This document shows positions 28,384 through 37,924 of a DNA stretch of 64,000 bases, one piece after another. Each line of letters starts with the position of its first letter. The stretch's first letter is position 1. The position numbers and the translations under genes were made by a program. The notes under the pieces were generated by a model. The model worked only from the letters and a program-made list of their open reading frames with translations. It searched no databases and was not told the DNA's origin. The DNA comes from Dehalococcoidia bacterium (lineage in GTDB: Bacteria > Chloroflexota > Dehalococcoidia > Bin125), in assembly GCA_963663235.2 (NCBI GenBank), contig CAXXNO010000004.1:160001-224000 (forward strand), in the 5' to 3' direction.

Positions 28384-29163
28384 ATGGGAATGTCGAACGC
28401 CGTCGATGCGGCCCGCTCCGGCATGATCCAGCACGAGCGGAACCTGGAGGCCATCGCCAACAACCTGGCCAACATCAACACCCCCGGCTACAAACGCGTG
28501 GTGGTCCACTTCCAGGATCTGCTCACGAGCGACGCTGCCCTGGACGTGCTGTTCGCCGGCGAGGCGGTGGCCTCTTCGAGCGGGGTGTCGGTGGACACCG
28601 TGACGCGGCAGTTCAGCGCGGGCGCCATCGTGCCCAGCGACGTTCCCACAGCGATGGCGATTGCGGGTGAGGGCTTCTTCGTCGTGCTGCTTGAGGACGG
28701 AAGCACGGCCTACACGCGCGACGGCACATTCGGTTGGGACGCCGAAGGGTACCTGGCGACGGTAAACGGCTACCGGGTGCAGCCGCCGATCCAGAACCAG
28801 GGCGCGGCGGGGGACGTGCAGGTCTCGGCCGAGGGCATCGTGACCGCGCGGAGCGGGCGGGACGATCCGCCGGAGGATCTGGGGCGGATCCAGTTAGCGC
28901 TGGTCGCCGATCCCACGCAGTTCGAGGCGATCGGGCAGAACCTGTATCGAGCGACCGCGGAGAGCGGAGAGCCTCAGTTGTTGGAGCCAGGGACGGATGG
29001 GGCCGGGGAGATCGTGGGGCAAGCCCTGGAGAGCTCCAACGTGGAGATCGCCACCGAGTTGACCAACCTGATCGCCGCGCAGCGCGCCTACCAATTCAAC
29101 CTGGCCGCGTTCCAGACGGCGGACGAAATGATGCGCCAGATCAACGAAGCCATGCAGGTGTAA
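28384..29163 (+). CDS. flgG: Flagellar distal rod protein FlgG/FlhP
   Basis: IANNLANINTPGYK, YTRDGTF, LESSNVEIATELTNLIAAQRAYQFN. Confidence 0.92.
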   Translation: MGMSNAVDAARSGMIQHERNLEAIANNLANINTPGYKRVVVHFQDLLTSDAALDVLFAGEAVASSSGVSVDTVTRQFSAGAIVPSDVPTAMAIAGEGFFVVLLEDGSTAYTRDGTFGWDAEGYLATVNGYRVQPPIQNQGAAGDVQVSAEGIVTARSGRDDPPEDLGRIQLALVADPTQFEAIGQNLYRATAESGEPQLLEPGTDGAGEIVGQALESSNVEIATELTNLIAAQRAYQFNLAAFQTADEMMRQINEAMQV

Positions 29164-29174
29164 CGGAGGACGAT

Positions 29175-29498
29175 ATGACCATCCCTCCCGACCTCCCTCC
29201 CAGCGTTCCTGGCGCCGACGGATCAGCGATCGTCAGCGCCCGCAGCGGCCCCGCCCGCCGCGCGGGTGAGCCCGTCGCGGCCGAGCGCCCGGCCGCGACG
29301 GGCGACGGAGACCAGGACCGCATCGAGTTGTCCGAATTCGCGCGGTTGGTGCACCGGGCCACGGATCAGGTACGGGCGAGCCCGGCGGAGCGCGCGGACC
29401 TCATCGCCAGCCTGCGGGCGGAGATCGACGCGGGGACGTACACGGTCGATGCGCGCCTGGTGGCGGAGCGGCTGCTGGCCGGGCTGGTGACGGCATGA
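29175..29498 (+). CDS. flgM: Anti-sigma28 factor FlgM (copy 1)
   Basis: DRIELSEFAR...RADLIASLRAEIDAGTYTVDARLVAERLL; precedes flgN. Confidence 0.9.
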   Translation: MTIPPDLPPSVPGADGSAIVSARSGPARRAGEPVAAERPAATGDGDQDRIELSEFARLVHRATDQVRASPAERADLIASLRAEIDAGTYTVDARLVAERLLAGLVTA

Positions 29499-30013
29499 GC
29501 GCGCCGACCCTGTCAGGGGGCGTCGACCTGAGGGCGCTGCTGGACAACCTGGCGGCCCAGCGAGATGGATACGAGCGACTGGCGGCGCTGGCGGAGCGGA
29601 TGCTGGCCGGGCTGATCGGCGGCGCATCGGAGGACCTCGCCCTCCTCATTGGGGAGGAAGAGCGGCAGATCGCGGCGCTGCGGGCGCTGGAAGCGGAGCG
29701 CCTCACGATCCTGGCGCCGCTGGCACGGGCCTGGAACCGGCCCGCCACGGAGATCAGCGCCCGCGAGCTGGCGAGCGTGGCCGCGCCCGAGATGGGGGCG
29801 CGGATCAGCGCGGCGCGGACGGCGCTGCTGGAACGGCTCACCATCCTGCGCGACCTCAACGAGCGCAACCGGCGGCTGCTCAACAGTGCAGCGGGCATTC
29901 TCACGCGCTGGCGCACCCTGATGACGGCGAGCGTCAGCGCCGGGCCGATCTACTCCGAGCAAGGCCGCGTGAGCGCCGCGGTGACGCCTTGGGCGCTGGA
30001 CCACGGGGCGTAA
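29495..30013 (+). CDS. flgN: Export chaperone FlgN
   Basis: Helical; LRDLNERNRRLL...YSEQG; flgM-flgN-flgK synteny. Confidence 0.85.
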   Translation: MSAPTLSGGVDLRALLDNLAAQRDGYERLAALAERMLAGLIGGASEDLALLIGEEERQIAALRALEAERLTILAPLARAWNRPATEISARELASVAAPEMGARISAARTALLERLTILRDLNERNRRLLNSAAGILTRWRTLMTASVSAGPIYSEQGRVSAAVTPWALDHGA

Positions 30014-30031
30014 GGGAGCAGGGGACACGCG

Positions 30032-31439
30032 ATGGGGCTCTCCGTTGGCCTGGATATTGCTGTCACCGCACTGCGGGCGCAGCAGCTTGCAGTCGATGTG
30101 GCGTCGCACAACATCGCCAACGCGAATACGGCCGGCTTTTCGCGGCAGGAGGTGGGGATGACGGCGGTGGTGGCGGTCGCCGGCAGCACGATGACGCGTG
30201 ACCTGCGGAACGACAGCACCGGGCTGGGCGTGGATGCCGGCACGGTGCGGCGGCTGCGGGACGAGTTCATCGACGCGCAGATCCGGACCGTGATCCAGTC
30301 ACAGAGCGGGTTCGAGGCCGAGGCGCGGGCGTTGGAGCAGACGGAAGTGATCATCAACGAACCGTCGGAGAGCGGCGTGGGAGCGCTCTTCGCGTCCTTC
30401 TGGAACGCTTGGCGCGACCTCAGCAACGGGCCCGAGTCCAGCGCTGCCCGCGCCAACCTGGTCGCGGAGAGCGGGACGCTGGTGGCGGCGCTGCGCGATA
30501 CATACGACCAGTTGCGGCGGCTGCAGCGCGGCCTGGACACACAACTGCCGGCGCTGGTATCGACGCTCAATTCGCTGGCGAGCGAGGTCGCCGACCTGAA
30601 CCGCGAGATCATGAAGACCAGCAACGCGGGTCAGAACAGCGCCGACCTGCTGGACCGGCGGGACCGGAGCGTGGAGGAAATCTCGCGCCTGGTCGACGTC
30701 ACCGTGACGGTCGCCGCTTCGGGCGCCGTGAACGTCTCGCTGGGGGGGGCGGGATCTGGTGGCCGGCGCGCGCGCCAACGCGCTCACGGTGCAGGCGGAG
30801 CCGAGCAACCTGGGCTACAAGTCGGTGCGGTGGCAGAGCGATGGGACCGCGGTATCGATCGCGGCGAGGGAGATCTCGGGGCTCCTGCGAGCGCGCGACG
30901 GCTCGGTGGCGACGTCGAACACGGACCTGAACACCCTGGTGGCGGAGGTGATCACCCGGGTCAATGCCGTGCATGCGGCCGGGTTTGGCTTGGACAACAG
31001 CACGGGGCTGGCGTTCTTCACGGGCACCAACGCGTCGGACATTGCGGTCAATCCGATCGTGGCGGGGGACCTGACCAAAGTCGCTGCGGCGTCCGGGCTG
31101 AACCTGGCGGGCGACGCGAGCAACGCCCTGGCGATGGCCGACCTGCAGCGGACCCTGACGATGAACGCGGGGAGCAGCACGTTTGAGGATTTCTATGGCA
31201 CGGCGGTCGCCAACCTGGGCGTCCGCGTGCGGGAAGTGGGGAATGCGGCGCAGACCCAAGCGTTCCTGCGAGACCACCTGATCACGCTACGGGACGCGGT
31301 CTCCGGGGTCAGTTTGGACGAAGAGATGACCAACCTGATCAAGTTCCAGCGCGCCTTTGAAGCGGCCGCCCAACTGATCAGCGTCGTGGACTCCATGCTG
31401 AACACCCTGATTAACCGCATGGGACTGGTGGGGAGGTAG
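30032..31439 (+). CDS. flgK: Hook-associated protein FlgK (frameshift at G8 run 30742-30749)
   Basis: SHNIANANTAGFSRQ in first frame; SGVSLDEEMTNLIKFQRAFEAAAQLI in second; deleting one G joins them. Confidence 0.92.
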
Positions 31440-31444
31440 CGCGG

Positions 31445-32332
31445 GTGCGAGTCACGCTGCGCATGTCGGTTGTTCGAGCGTTGGCGAACATCACGCAGGC
31501 GCACGAACAGCTGGCGGAGTTGGGGAATCGGCTGGCCACGGGGAGGCGGCTCACGCGGCCCTCCGACGACCCCGCCGGGATCACGCACAGCCTCTCGCTG
31601 CGGGCGGGCATGAAGCTGGGGCTACAGCATCTGCGCAACGTGAATTCCGGCGTCGCGCGGCTGAGCGCCACGGAAGCGGCGCTGGACGCGCTGACGCAAG
31701 TGATGCAGCGTGCGCGGGAGCTGACGGTGGCTGGGGCCAACGACACGCTGGGAGCGTCGCAACGCGTGACGATCGCCAGCGAGATCACGCAGTTGCTGGA
31801 CGAGGCGATCGCGATTGGGAATACCAGTTTCGGCGGGCAACGGATCTTCGGCGGGCACCAGACGACGAGCGCGCCCTTCACGCCGGTCGGCAATCCCCCC
31901 ACGGCGGTGACCTATACGGGTGACAGCGGCGTGATTGAGCGTGAGGTGGGGATTGGGGTGCGGGTGACGGTGAACGTGCCGGGGGATACCGTCCTGAGCC
32001 CGGTGCACACGGCCCTCATCGACCTGCGCGACCACCTCTTGAGCAATGACACGACGGCGATCCGTAACACGGATCTGGTCGCGCTGGACGGCGCCCTGGA
32101 GAACCTGGTGGAGATCCGCGGGAACCTTGGTGCGGCCGCCAACCGGCTGGAGATCACGCGGACCCGGCTGGAAGATGCCGGGCTGGCCAACCAGCAGTTG
32201 CTCTCCGACGTGGAGGACGCTGACCTGGTGGCGACCATTGTGGATCTGAACGTGCAAGAGAACGTCTTCCAGGCAGCGCTGGCGGCCAGCGCGCGGAGCG
32301 TCCGGGTGACGCTCTTGGACTTTCTTCGATAG
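31445..32332 (+). CDS. flgL: Hook-associated protein FlgL
   Basis: LATGRRLTRPSDDP, LSDVEDADL, TLLDFLR. Confidence 0.94.
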   Translation: MRVTLRMSVVRALANITQAHEQLAELGNRLATGRRLTRPSDDPAGITHSLSLRAGMKLGLQHLRNVNSGVARLSATEAALDALTQVMQRARELTVAGANDTLGASQRVTIASEITQLLDEAIAIGNTSFGGQRIFGGHQTTSAPFTPVGNPPTAVTYTGDSGVIEREVGIGVRVTVNVPGDTVLSPVHTALIDLRDHLLSNDTTAIRNTDLVALDGALENLVEIRGNLGAAANRLEITRTRLEDAGLANQQLLSDVEDADLVATIVDLNVQENVFQAALAASARSVRVTLLDFLR

Positions 32333-32334
32333 GG

Positions 32335-32862
32335 GTGAGGGTCATGCGACTGCGAATTGAGCGGATGGGCCAAGAATTGGACGTGGAAGTGAACGAGGCC
32401 GATCTGATCCGCTTCGAAGAGGGCATCCTGGGCTTCGCGGCGATCAAGGAGTACGCGCAGCTCAGCGACGCCGACAGCGGTCTTGTCTGGCTGCACGCTA
32501 CGGGGGACGAGCGAATCGCCTTTCCGGTGATCGATCCGTTTCTGGTGTGGCCCGAGTACGACATCACCATCCCGGACGGGGACCGGGAGGCGCTGCAACT
32601 GAGCGAGCCGGGGGAGGCGCGGCTGCTGGTGATCGTGACGCCGCAGGAGGACCCCACGGAGATCACCGCCAACCTGCGGGCGCCGCTGGTGATCAACCGG
32701 GCGCTGCGCGTTGGGCGGCAGGTGGTGCTGGAAGAGCCCGCCCCGCCGCTGCACGCGGCGATCCTGCCGGCGCTGGGCGACCGCAACGCCGAGCGGGAAC
32801 GCGCGGAGACGCAGCCGTCCCGCCCGGTGAAAAAGGCCGCGGCCAAGAGCCGCGCCGCATAG
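32335..32862 (+). CDS. fliW: Flagellar assembly factor FliW (CsrA antagonist)
   Basis: FEEGILGF, AFPVIDPFLVWPEY, TANLRAPLVIN...GRQVVL. Confidence 0.92.
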   Translation: MRVMRLRIERMGQELDVEVNEADLIRFEEGILGFAAIKEYAQLSDADSGLVWLHATGDERIAFPVIDPFLVWPEYDITIPDGDREALQLSEPGEARLLVIVTPQEDPTEITANLRAPLVINRALRVGRQVVLEEPAPPLHAAILPALGDRNAERERAETQPSRPVKKAAAKSRAA

Positions 32863-32865
32863 CGA

Positions 32866-35067
32866 ATGAGCGGAAGGACGGACGCACACGTGGCGGACGA
32901 TGGACCAGGCAGCGACGTGACCGGGGAAGCGGGCAGCCGTCTCCAACTCCAAGCGGACGAGACCGATATCGTGCTGTTCCTGGAAGACAGCACGGATCAA
33001 CTGGAGCTGTTGGACCGGGATCTGGTCCGCCTGGAGCAAGAACAAGACGACGCGATTCTGCAAGGGATCTTTCGCGCGGCGCACTGCCTGAAGGGCTCCT
33101 CCGCCACCATCGGGCATACGCGGATGGCCGAGCTGACGCACGCCATGGAGAGCGTGCTGGACGCGCTTCGCAACCACTCGCTCGCGGTCAGTACGGCGGT
33201 CATCGATACGCTGCTGCAAAGCCTGGACGCGCTCCGGGTCTTGACGGATGAGGTCTCGACGCTGCGTCACTCGGGGATGGAGGTGGGCGCGCTGGCGGCG
33301 CGGTTGCTGGCTTTGCTGGAGGCCGCCGGCGAAGGGGTGGCGGAGGAGCGGGGCCCGGCGGCCGAGCGGCCGGGGCCGGAGGGGCCCAGCCGTTCGCCCG
33401 ACGCTGAGCTGGATGCGCAGATCGCCGAGCGACGGGGCCGCGGCCTGAACATCGTGCAGGTCAGCGTGGCGCTGGAGGATGGCTGCACCATGCCCGCGGT
33501 GCGGTTGCTGCAATGTTTGATGGCGCTGGGCGCGGCGGGTGAGATTCTGGACTCGCAGCCGAGCGAGGCGGAGATCGAGCGGGAGGACGTGGGCTCCGCG
33601 CTGAGCGTGCTGCTGGCCACGGATCGCGAGGCCGCGGAGGTTCCCGCGCCGGTAGAGGCGGTGCCGGACGTGCGGTCTGTGGCCGCCGTGATCCACGAGG
33701 GCGGGGAACCGCCGGCGGCGGAGGTGGACGAGCGGCAGCCGGAGAGCGGCGGCGGCGGGGAGGGAGATGACCGGCGGATCATCGACCTGGGACCGGAGGC
33801 GCGGGGGGCGTCGCAGCCGGATCAGTTGCGGCTGGCGGCGAGCAAGTTGAATGTGCAGGCGAAGTCGATCCGCATCGATGTGGCGCGGCTGGACAAGCTG
33901 ATGAACTTCACCGGCGAGCTGGTGATCAATCGAGGCCGGCTGGCCGCGCTTGTGCCGCGCTTCGGTGCGGCGGACGTGGCGCACGAGCTCACCGAAGCGC
34001 TCAACGAGGTGGCCGCGCATCTGGGCCGCACGACGACGGAGCTCCAGGACGAGGTGATGAAGAGCCGGATGCTCCCCATGGAGCACGTGGTGAATCGCTT
34101 TCCGCGCATGGTGCGGGACTTGGCGCGCAAGGCGGACAAGCGTGTGGACTTCCAGATCACGGGGCAGGAGACGGAGCTGGATCGATCCGTGATTGAGGAG
34201 ATCGGGGACCCGTTGACGCACCTGCTGCGGAACGCGATGGACCACGGGATTGAGCTGTCAGCGGAGCGGACGGCGGCCGGCAAAGCGGAGACCGGCACGA
34301 TCCACCTGGACACATCGCATGAAGAGAGCACGATTGTGATCCGGGTGCGGGACGACGGCCGCGGGATCGATCCCGTGCGGATGCGGGAGCATGCGGTGCG
34401 CGCCGGCGTGCTGAGCGACGAAGCGGCGGCGGCCCTCAGCGATCAGGAAGCGCTGGATCTGATCTGGATGCCCGGCTACACCACGGCGAAGACCATCACG
34501 GACGTGTCCGACCGTGGCGTGGGGATGGACATTGTCAAGACGAACATCCTGAAGCTGAACGGCAGGGTGAGCGTTCAATCGGAGGTAGGCCGCGGGACCA
34601 CGGTCCAGGTGCGGGTGCCGCTGACGCTGGCGGTGATCGAGGGGCTGGTGCTGCGGGTGGCGCAGTCCGTGGTGGTGGTGCCGATCTCGAGCGTGACGGA
34701 GGCATTGCGGATCTCCGCGGACAAAGTCAAGACGGTCCAGAGCGCGCCGACGATGCGCGTGCGAGGCGTGATCCTCCCGCTGATCGACCTAGCCCAGATG
34801 TGGCGACTGGGGAAGAGCGAAGCGGAGGGCGAGGAGCCAGCCGCCGACGTCCGTTACGTGGTAGCGGTTCACGTGGGGGATCAGCGCGCGGGCCTCATTG
34901 TGGATGAACTGTTGGGGGAACAAGAAGTGGTCATTAAAAGCCTTGGAGGTCTCCTGCGTGGGATGCGGGGGATCTCGGGCGCGACTCTCATGGGTGATGA
35001 GGTGGCGCTCATTGTAGACGTCCCGAACCTCCTGCAATTGCACTACGAGAGACAGCGAGCAGCATGA
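32866..35067 (+). CDS. cheA: Chemotaxis histidine kinase CheA
   Basis: IFRAAHCLKGSS (Hpt), HLLRNAMDHGIE, DDGRGID, RGVGMDIVK, C-terminal CheW-like domain. Confidence 0.97.
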   Translation: MSGRTDAHVADDGPGSDVTGEAGSRLQLQADETDIVLFLEDSTDQLELLDRDLVRLEQEQDDAILQGIFRAAHCLKGSSATIGHTRMAELTHAMESVLDALRNHSLAVSTAVIDTLLQSLDALRVLTDEVSTLRHSGMEVGALAARLLALLEAAGEGVAEERGPAAERPGPEGPSRSPDAELDAQIAERRGRGLNIVQVSVALEDGCTMPAVRLLQCLMALGAAGEILDSQPSEAEIEREDVGSALSVLLATDREAAEVPAPVEAVPDVRSVAAVIHEGGEPPAAEVDERQPESGGGGEGDDRRIIDLGPEARGASQPDQLRLAASKLNVQAKSIRIDVARLDKLMNFTGELVINRGRLAALVPRFGAADVAHELTEALNEVAAHLGRTTTELQDEVMKSRMLPMEHVVNRFPRMVRDLARKADKRVDFQITGQETELDRSVIEEIGDPLTHLLRNAMDHGIELSAERTAAGKAETGTIHLDTSHEESTIVIRVRDDGRGIDPVRMREHAVRAGVLSDEAAAALSDQEALDLIWMPGYTTAKTITDVSDRGVGMDIVKTNILKLNGRVSVQSEVGRGTTVQVRVPLTLAVIEGLVLRVAQSVVVVPISSVTEALRISADKVKTVQSAPTMRVRGVILPLIDLAQMWRLGKSEAEGEEPAADVRYVVAVHVGDQRAGLIVDELLGEQEVVIKSLGGLLRGMRGISGATLMGDEVALIVDVPNLLQLHYERQRAA

Positions 35068-35684
35068 GTAAACACGCGACTCCGAACGTCAGGATCGATG
35101 CGACGCACCTGGGCGACATCGCCGCCCGTGGTGCGGCGCGCGCGGCGGAACAGTTGACGGAGATGCTGGGCCGTCCGATCTCGGTCGAAGCGACTGGGAT
35201 GCACTACGGGGACAGCGCGCGGCTGATGCCGCTGGTGGGGGGAGCGGATGCCGCGGTAACGGCCGTGTATCTGGCCATGGGGGACGAGATCCGGGGCCAC
35301 ATCATGCTGCTGTTCACCGTGGAGCAGGCGCACCAGTTGGTGGATCAGCTCTTGGAGCAGGAACCGGGGACCACCAAGTTTCTGGACCCGATGGCGGAGT
35401 CCGCGCTGGGCGAAGTGGGGAGCATCACGAGCGCGGCGTTCTTGAACGAACTGGGCGACGCCGCCGGGATCCAGATCCATCCGTCGCCGCCGACGGTGGT
35501 GGTGGACCTCGCGGGAGCGTTGGTGGACTCCGTGTTGACGGAGATCAGCCAGCTGGGCGGGGAGTTGTTGGTGGTGGAGACGGGCTTTCGCCAAGGGGAC
35601 ACGCGGATCGATGGCTTCATCTTGCTCACGCCGGAGCCGAGCTCGCTCAGGCTGCTGTTGGAGCGCCTGCGGAAGGCGGTATGA
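35064..35684 (+). CDS. cheC: CheC family protein (catalytic ExxN motifs degenerate)
   Basis: GHIMLLF, ESALGEVGSIT, PSPPTVVVD; next to cheD. Confidence 0.85.
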   Translation: MSKHATPNVRIDATHLGDIAARGAARAAEQLTEMLGRPISVEATGMHYGDSARLMPLVGGADAAVTAVYLAMGDEIRGHIMLLFTVEQAHQLVDQLLEQEPGTTKFLDPMAESALGEVGSITSAAFLNELGDAAGIQIHPSPPTVVVDLAGALVDSVLTEISQLGGELLVVETGFRQGDTRIDGFILLTPEPSSLRLLLERLRKAV

Positions 35685-36184
35685 GCACCGAAGTGGAGCG
35701 AACGCTTGCGGTCGGCATCGGCGATTTGGTGGTCACGTCCGATCCGGATGTGGTGTTGGTGGCGCACGGCCTGGGGTCGTGTGTGGCGGTGATCGGGCAC
35801 TGCCGCAAACCGCTGGTGGGGGGAATGCTGCACGTGATGTTGCCCAACTCCAGCGATCATCAAGACCAGAGCAACCTCACCCGGTACGCGGATACGGGGA
35901 TCGCGGAGCTGGTGGCGCGCCTGAAGGCCGCGGGCGCCGATCCGCGCCGTGCGGCGTTCAAGCTGGTGGGGGGCGCGGCGGTCCTCAGCGTGGCGAAGGG
36001 CCACGGCGGCCGGTTCCGTGTGGGATCGCGCAACGCCGAGGCGTCGCAGGCGATGTTGCGCGAGCTGGGGCTGCGGGTGCAGGCCGAGGACCTGGGTGGC
36101 AAGCGCGGCCGGACGGTGGAGTTTGCGGTTGGGGCGGGACGGGTGATGGTGCGCAAACTCGGCGAAGCGACGACCGAACTGTAG
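35681..36184 (+). CDS. cheD: Chemoreceptor deamidase CheD
   Basis: GLGSCVAV, GMLHVMLP, YADTGI, KLVGGA, VGSRN, EDLGGKRGRTV. Confidence 0.95.
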   Translation: MSTEVERTLAVGIGDLVVTSDPDVVLVAHGLGSCVAVIGHCRKPLVGGMLHVMLPNSSDHQDQSNLTRYADTGIAELVARLKAAGADPRRAAFKLVGGAAVLSVAKGHGGRFRVGSRNAEASQAMLRELGLRVQAEDLGGKRGRTVEFAVGAGRVMVRKLGEATTEL

Positions 36185-36205
36185 GTCGGTGAAGAGAGAT
36201 CCACG

Positions 36206-36562
36206 ATGCCAACTATCCTTGTCGTCGACGACGCGGCCTTCATGCGGAAGCGCTGCGCGAAGTTCTTGCAAGAGCGTGGCTACGACGTCCTGGAGGCTGA
36301 CAACGGCCTCAAGGCGCTGGAGATGTACAAGGAGGCGCGCCCGGACGGCGTCCTGCTGGACATCACCATGCCCGAGATGGATGGGCTGTCGGCGCTGAAG
36401 GCGCTGCGGGAGATTGACCCGAATGTGCGGGTGGCGATGGTCACCGCCATGGGACAGCAATCGATCATCATGGACGCGATCAAGAACGGCGCGCGCGACT
36501 TTGTGGTCAAGCCGTTTGAGAAGGACCGCGTGCTGGCCGCGGTCGAGAAGATGCTGGAATAA
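36206..36562 (+). CDS. cheY: Chemotaxis response regulator CheY
   Basis: ILVVDDAAFMR, LDITMPEMDG, TAMGQQ, DFVVKPF. Confidence 0.95.
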   Translation: MPTILVVDDAAFMRKRCAKFLQERGYDVLEADNGLKALEMYKEARPDGVLLDITMPEMDGLSALKALREIDPNVRVAMVTAMGQQSIIMDAIKNGARDFVVKPFEKDRVLAAVEKMLE

Positions 36563-36588
36563 CGCGGCGACGTGACAGGCCCACCGAG

Positions 36589-37647
36589 ATGACCCCGACT
36601 TCGGCGCGCACGCGGGTGCTGATCGTGGACGATGCGGCGTTCATGCGCCACATGGTGCGCAAGATGCTGGAGTCGGATGCGGCGCTGGAGGTGGTGGGGA
36701 TCGCGCGCAATGGGGTGGAGGGGCTGGAGAAAGCGGCTGCCCTGCGTCCCGACGTGATCACTCTGGATATCGAGATGCCCGAGATGGACGGGCTGTCCAT
36801 GCTGCGGCTGTTGCTGCAGCAACAGCCGCTTCCGGTGGTGATGCTTTCCTCGCTGACCCAAGAGGGGGCGGCGGCGACGCTGGAGGCGCTGGACCTGGGC
36901 GCCGTCGACTTCGTCTCGAAGTCGACGGCGGGCCGGGCCGGCGAGATGGACGTGATTCACGATGCTCTGTTGCGGGCCGTGCACGCCGCGTCCATGGCGC
37001 GGGTCCAGCGGCGTCCGCCCGCGGCAGCCGCGCCCCCGATCGCGCCGCGCGCCGCCGCGAGGGCGCGGGCGAGTGAGAGCGGCCGGCTGGTGGTCATCGG
37101 CAGCAGCACGGGAGGGCCATCCGCGCTGGCGCAAGTGGTGCCGCGGCTGCCGGCAGATCTCGGGGCCCCCGTGGTGGTGGTGCAGCACATGCCGCCGCAC
37201 TTCACGGCGTCGCTGGCAATGCGGCTGGACGACATCTCCGCGCTGCGGGTCCGCGAGGCGCGGGACGGGGAGCGGCTCCAGCCGGCGTGCGCCTACCTGG
37301 CGCCGGGCGGCGTCCACCTGACGATCACGGCGAACCGCAGCGTACGGCTGACGGAGGACCCGCCGCTGCACGGCGTGCGGCCGTCGGTGGACCAGACGCT
37401 GCACTCGCTGAGCTCCAACCTGGCCGCGCAGACCGTGGTGGCGATCCTCACGGGCATGGGACCGGATGGCGCCGACGGAGCGGTCCGCGTCAAAGAGGCG
37501 AGCGGCAAGATCATCGTCCAGGACGAGGCGTCCTGCGTGGTCTACGGCATGCCGCGCGTGACGATGGAGCGGGGAGTGGCGAAGCGGGCGACGCCGCTTT
37601 CGCGGGTGGCCGACGCGATTCATACAGCGCTACAGCGGGCAGCCTGA
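36589..37647 (+). CDS. cheB: Methylesterase CheB
   Basis: REC domain + GSSTGGP, VQHMP, RPSVD, LTGMGPDG, VVYGMP. Confidence 0.96.
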   Translation: MTPTSARTRVLIVDDAAFMRHMVRKMLESDAALEVVGIARNGVEGLEKAAALRPDVITLDIEMPEMDGLSMLRLLLQQQPLPVVMLSSLTQEGAAATLEALDLGAVDFVSKSTAGRAGEMDVIHDALLRAVHAASMARVQRRPPAAAAPPIAPRAAARARASESGRLVVIGSSTGGPSALAQVVPRLPADLGAPVVVVQHMPPHFTASLAMRLDDISALRVREARDGERLQPACAYLAPGGVHLTITANRSVRLTEDPPLHGVRPSVDQTLHSLSSNLAAQTVVAILTGMGPDGADGAVRVKEASGKIIVQDEASCVVYGMPRVTMERGVAKRATPLSRVADAIHTALQRAA

Positions 37648-37663
37648 AGGAGAGCGAGAGCTG

Positions 37664-37924
37664 ATGCTGGTGCTGCGACGCCGGACGGGGCAGGGAATCG
37701 TCATCCAGTCGAACACGGTGGTGCGGATGCTGGCCGTTGAGGGCGAGCAGGTCAAGCTGGGCGTGACGGCGCCGGCGAGCGTGGTGGTGTTGCGCGAGGA
37801 GCTTGTCGACGCCGTGCGAGACGAGAACCGCCGGGCGGCGAGCGGCGGGGCGCAGGAACTAGAGCCGCTGCGCCGCACCCTCCGGCGCATGCGCCGGGCG
37901 GACGCGCCGGGCGACACGCCTTAG
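37664..37924 (+). CDS. csrA: Carbon storage regulator CsrA
   Basis: MLVLRRRTGQGIVI...QVKLGVTAPASVVVLREEL...ENRRA. Confidence 0.93.
   Translation: MLVLRRRTGQGIVIQSNTVVRMLAVEGEQVKLGVTAPASVVVLREELVDAVRDENRRAASGGAQELEPLRRTLRRMRRADAPGDTP

Noticed and set aside
31912-34245. 777-aa minus-strand ORF (also 21818-23827 and 58456-59913)
   Set aside because: Antisense shadows of well-supported flagellar, che and lpd genes
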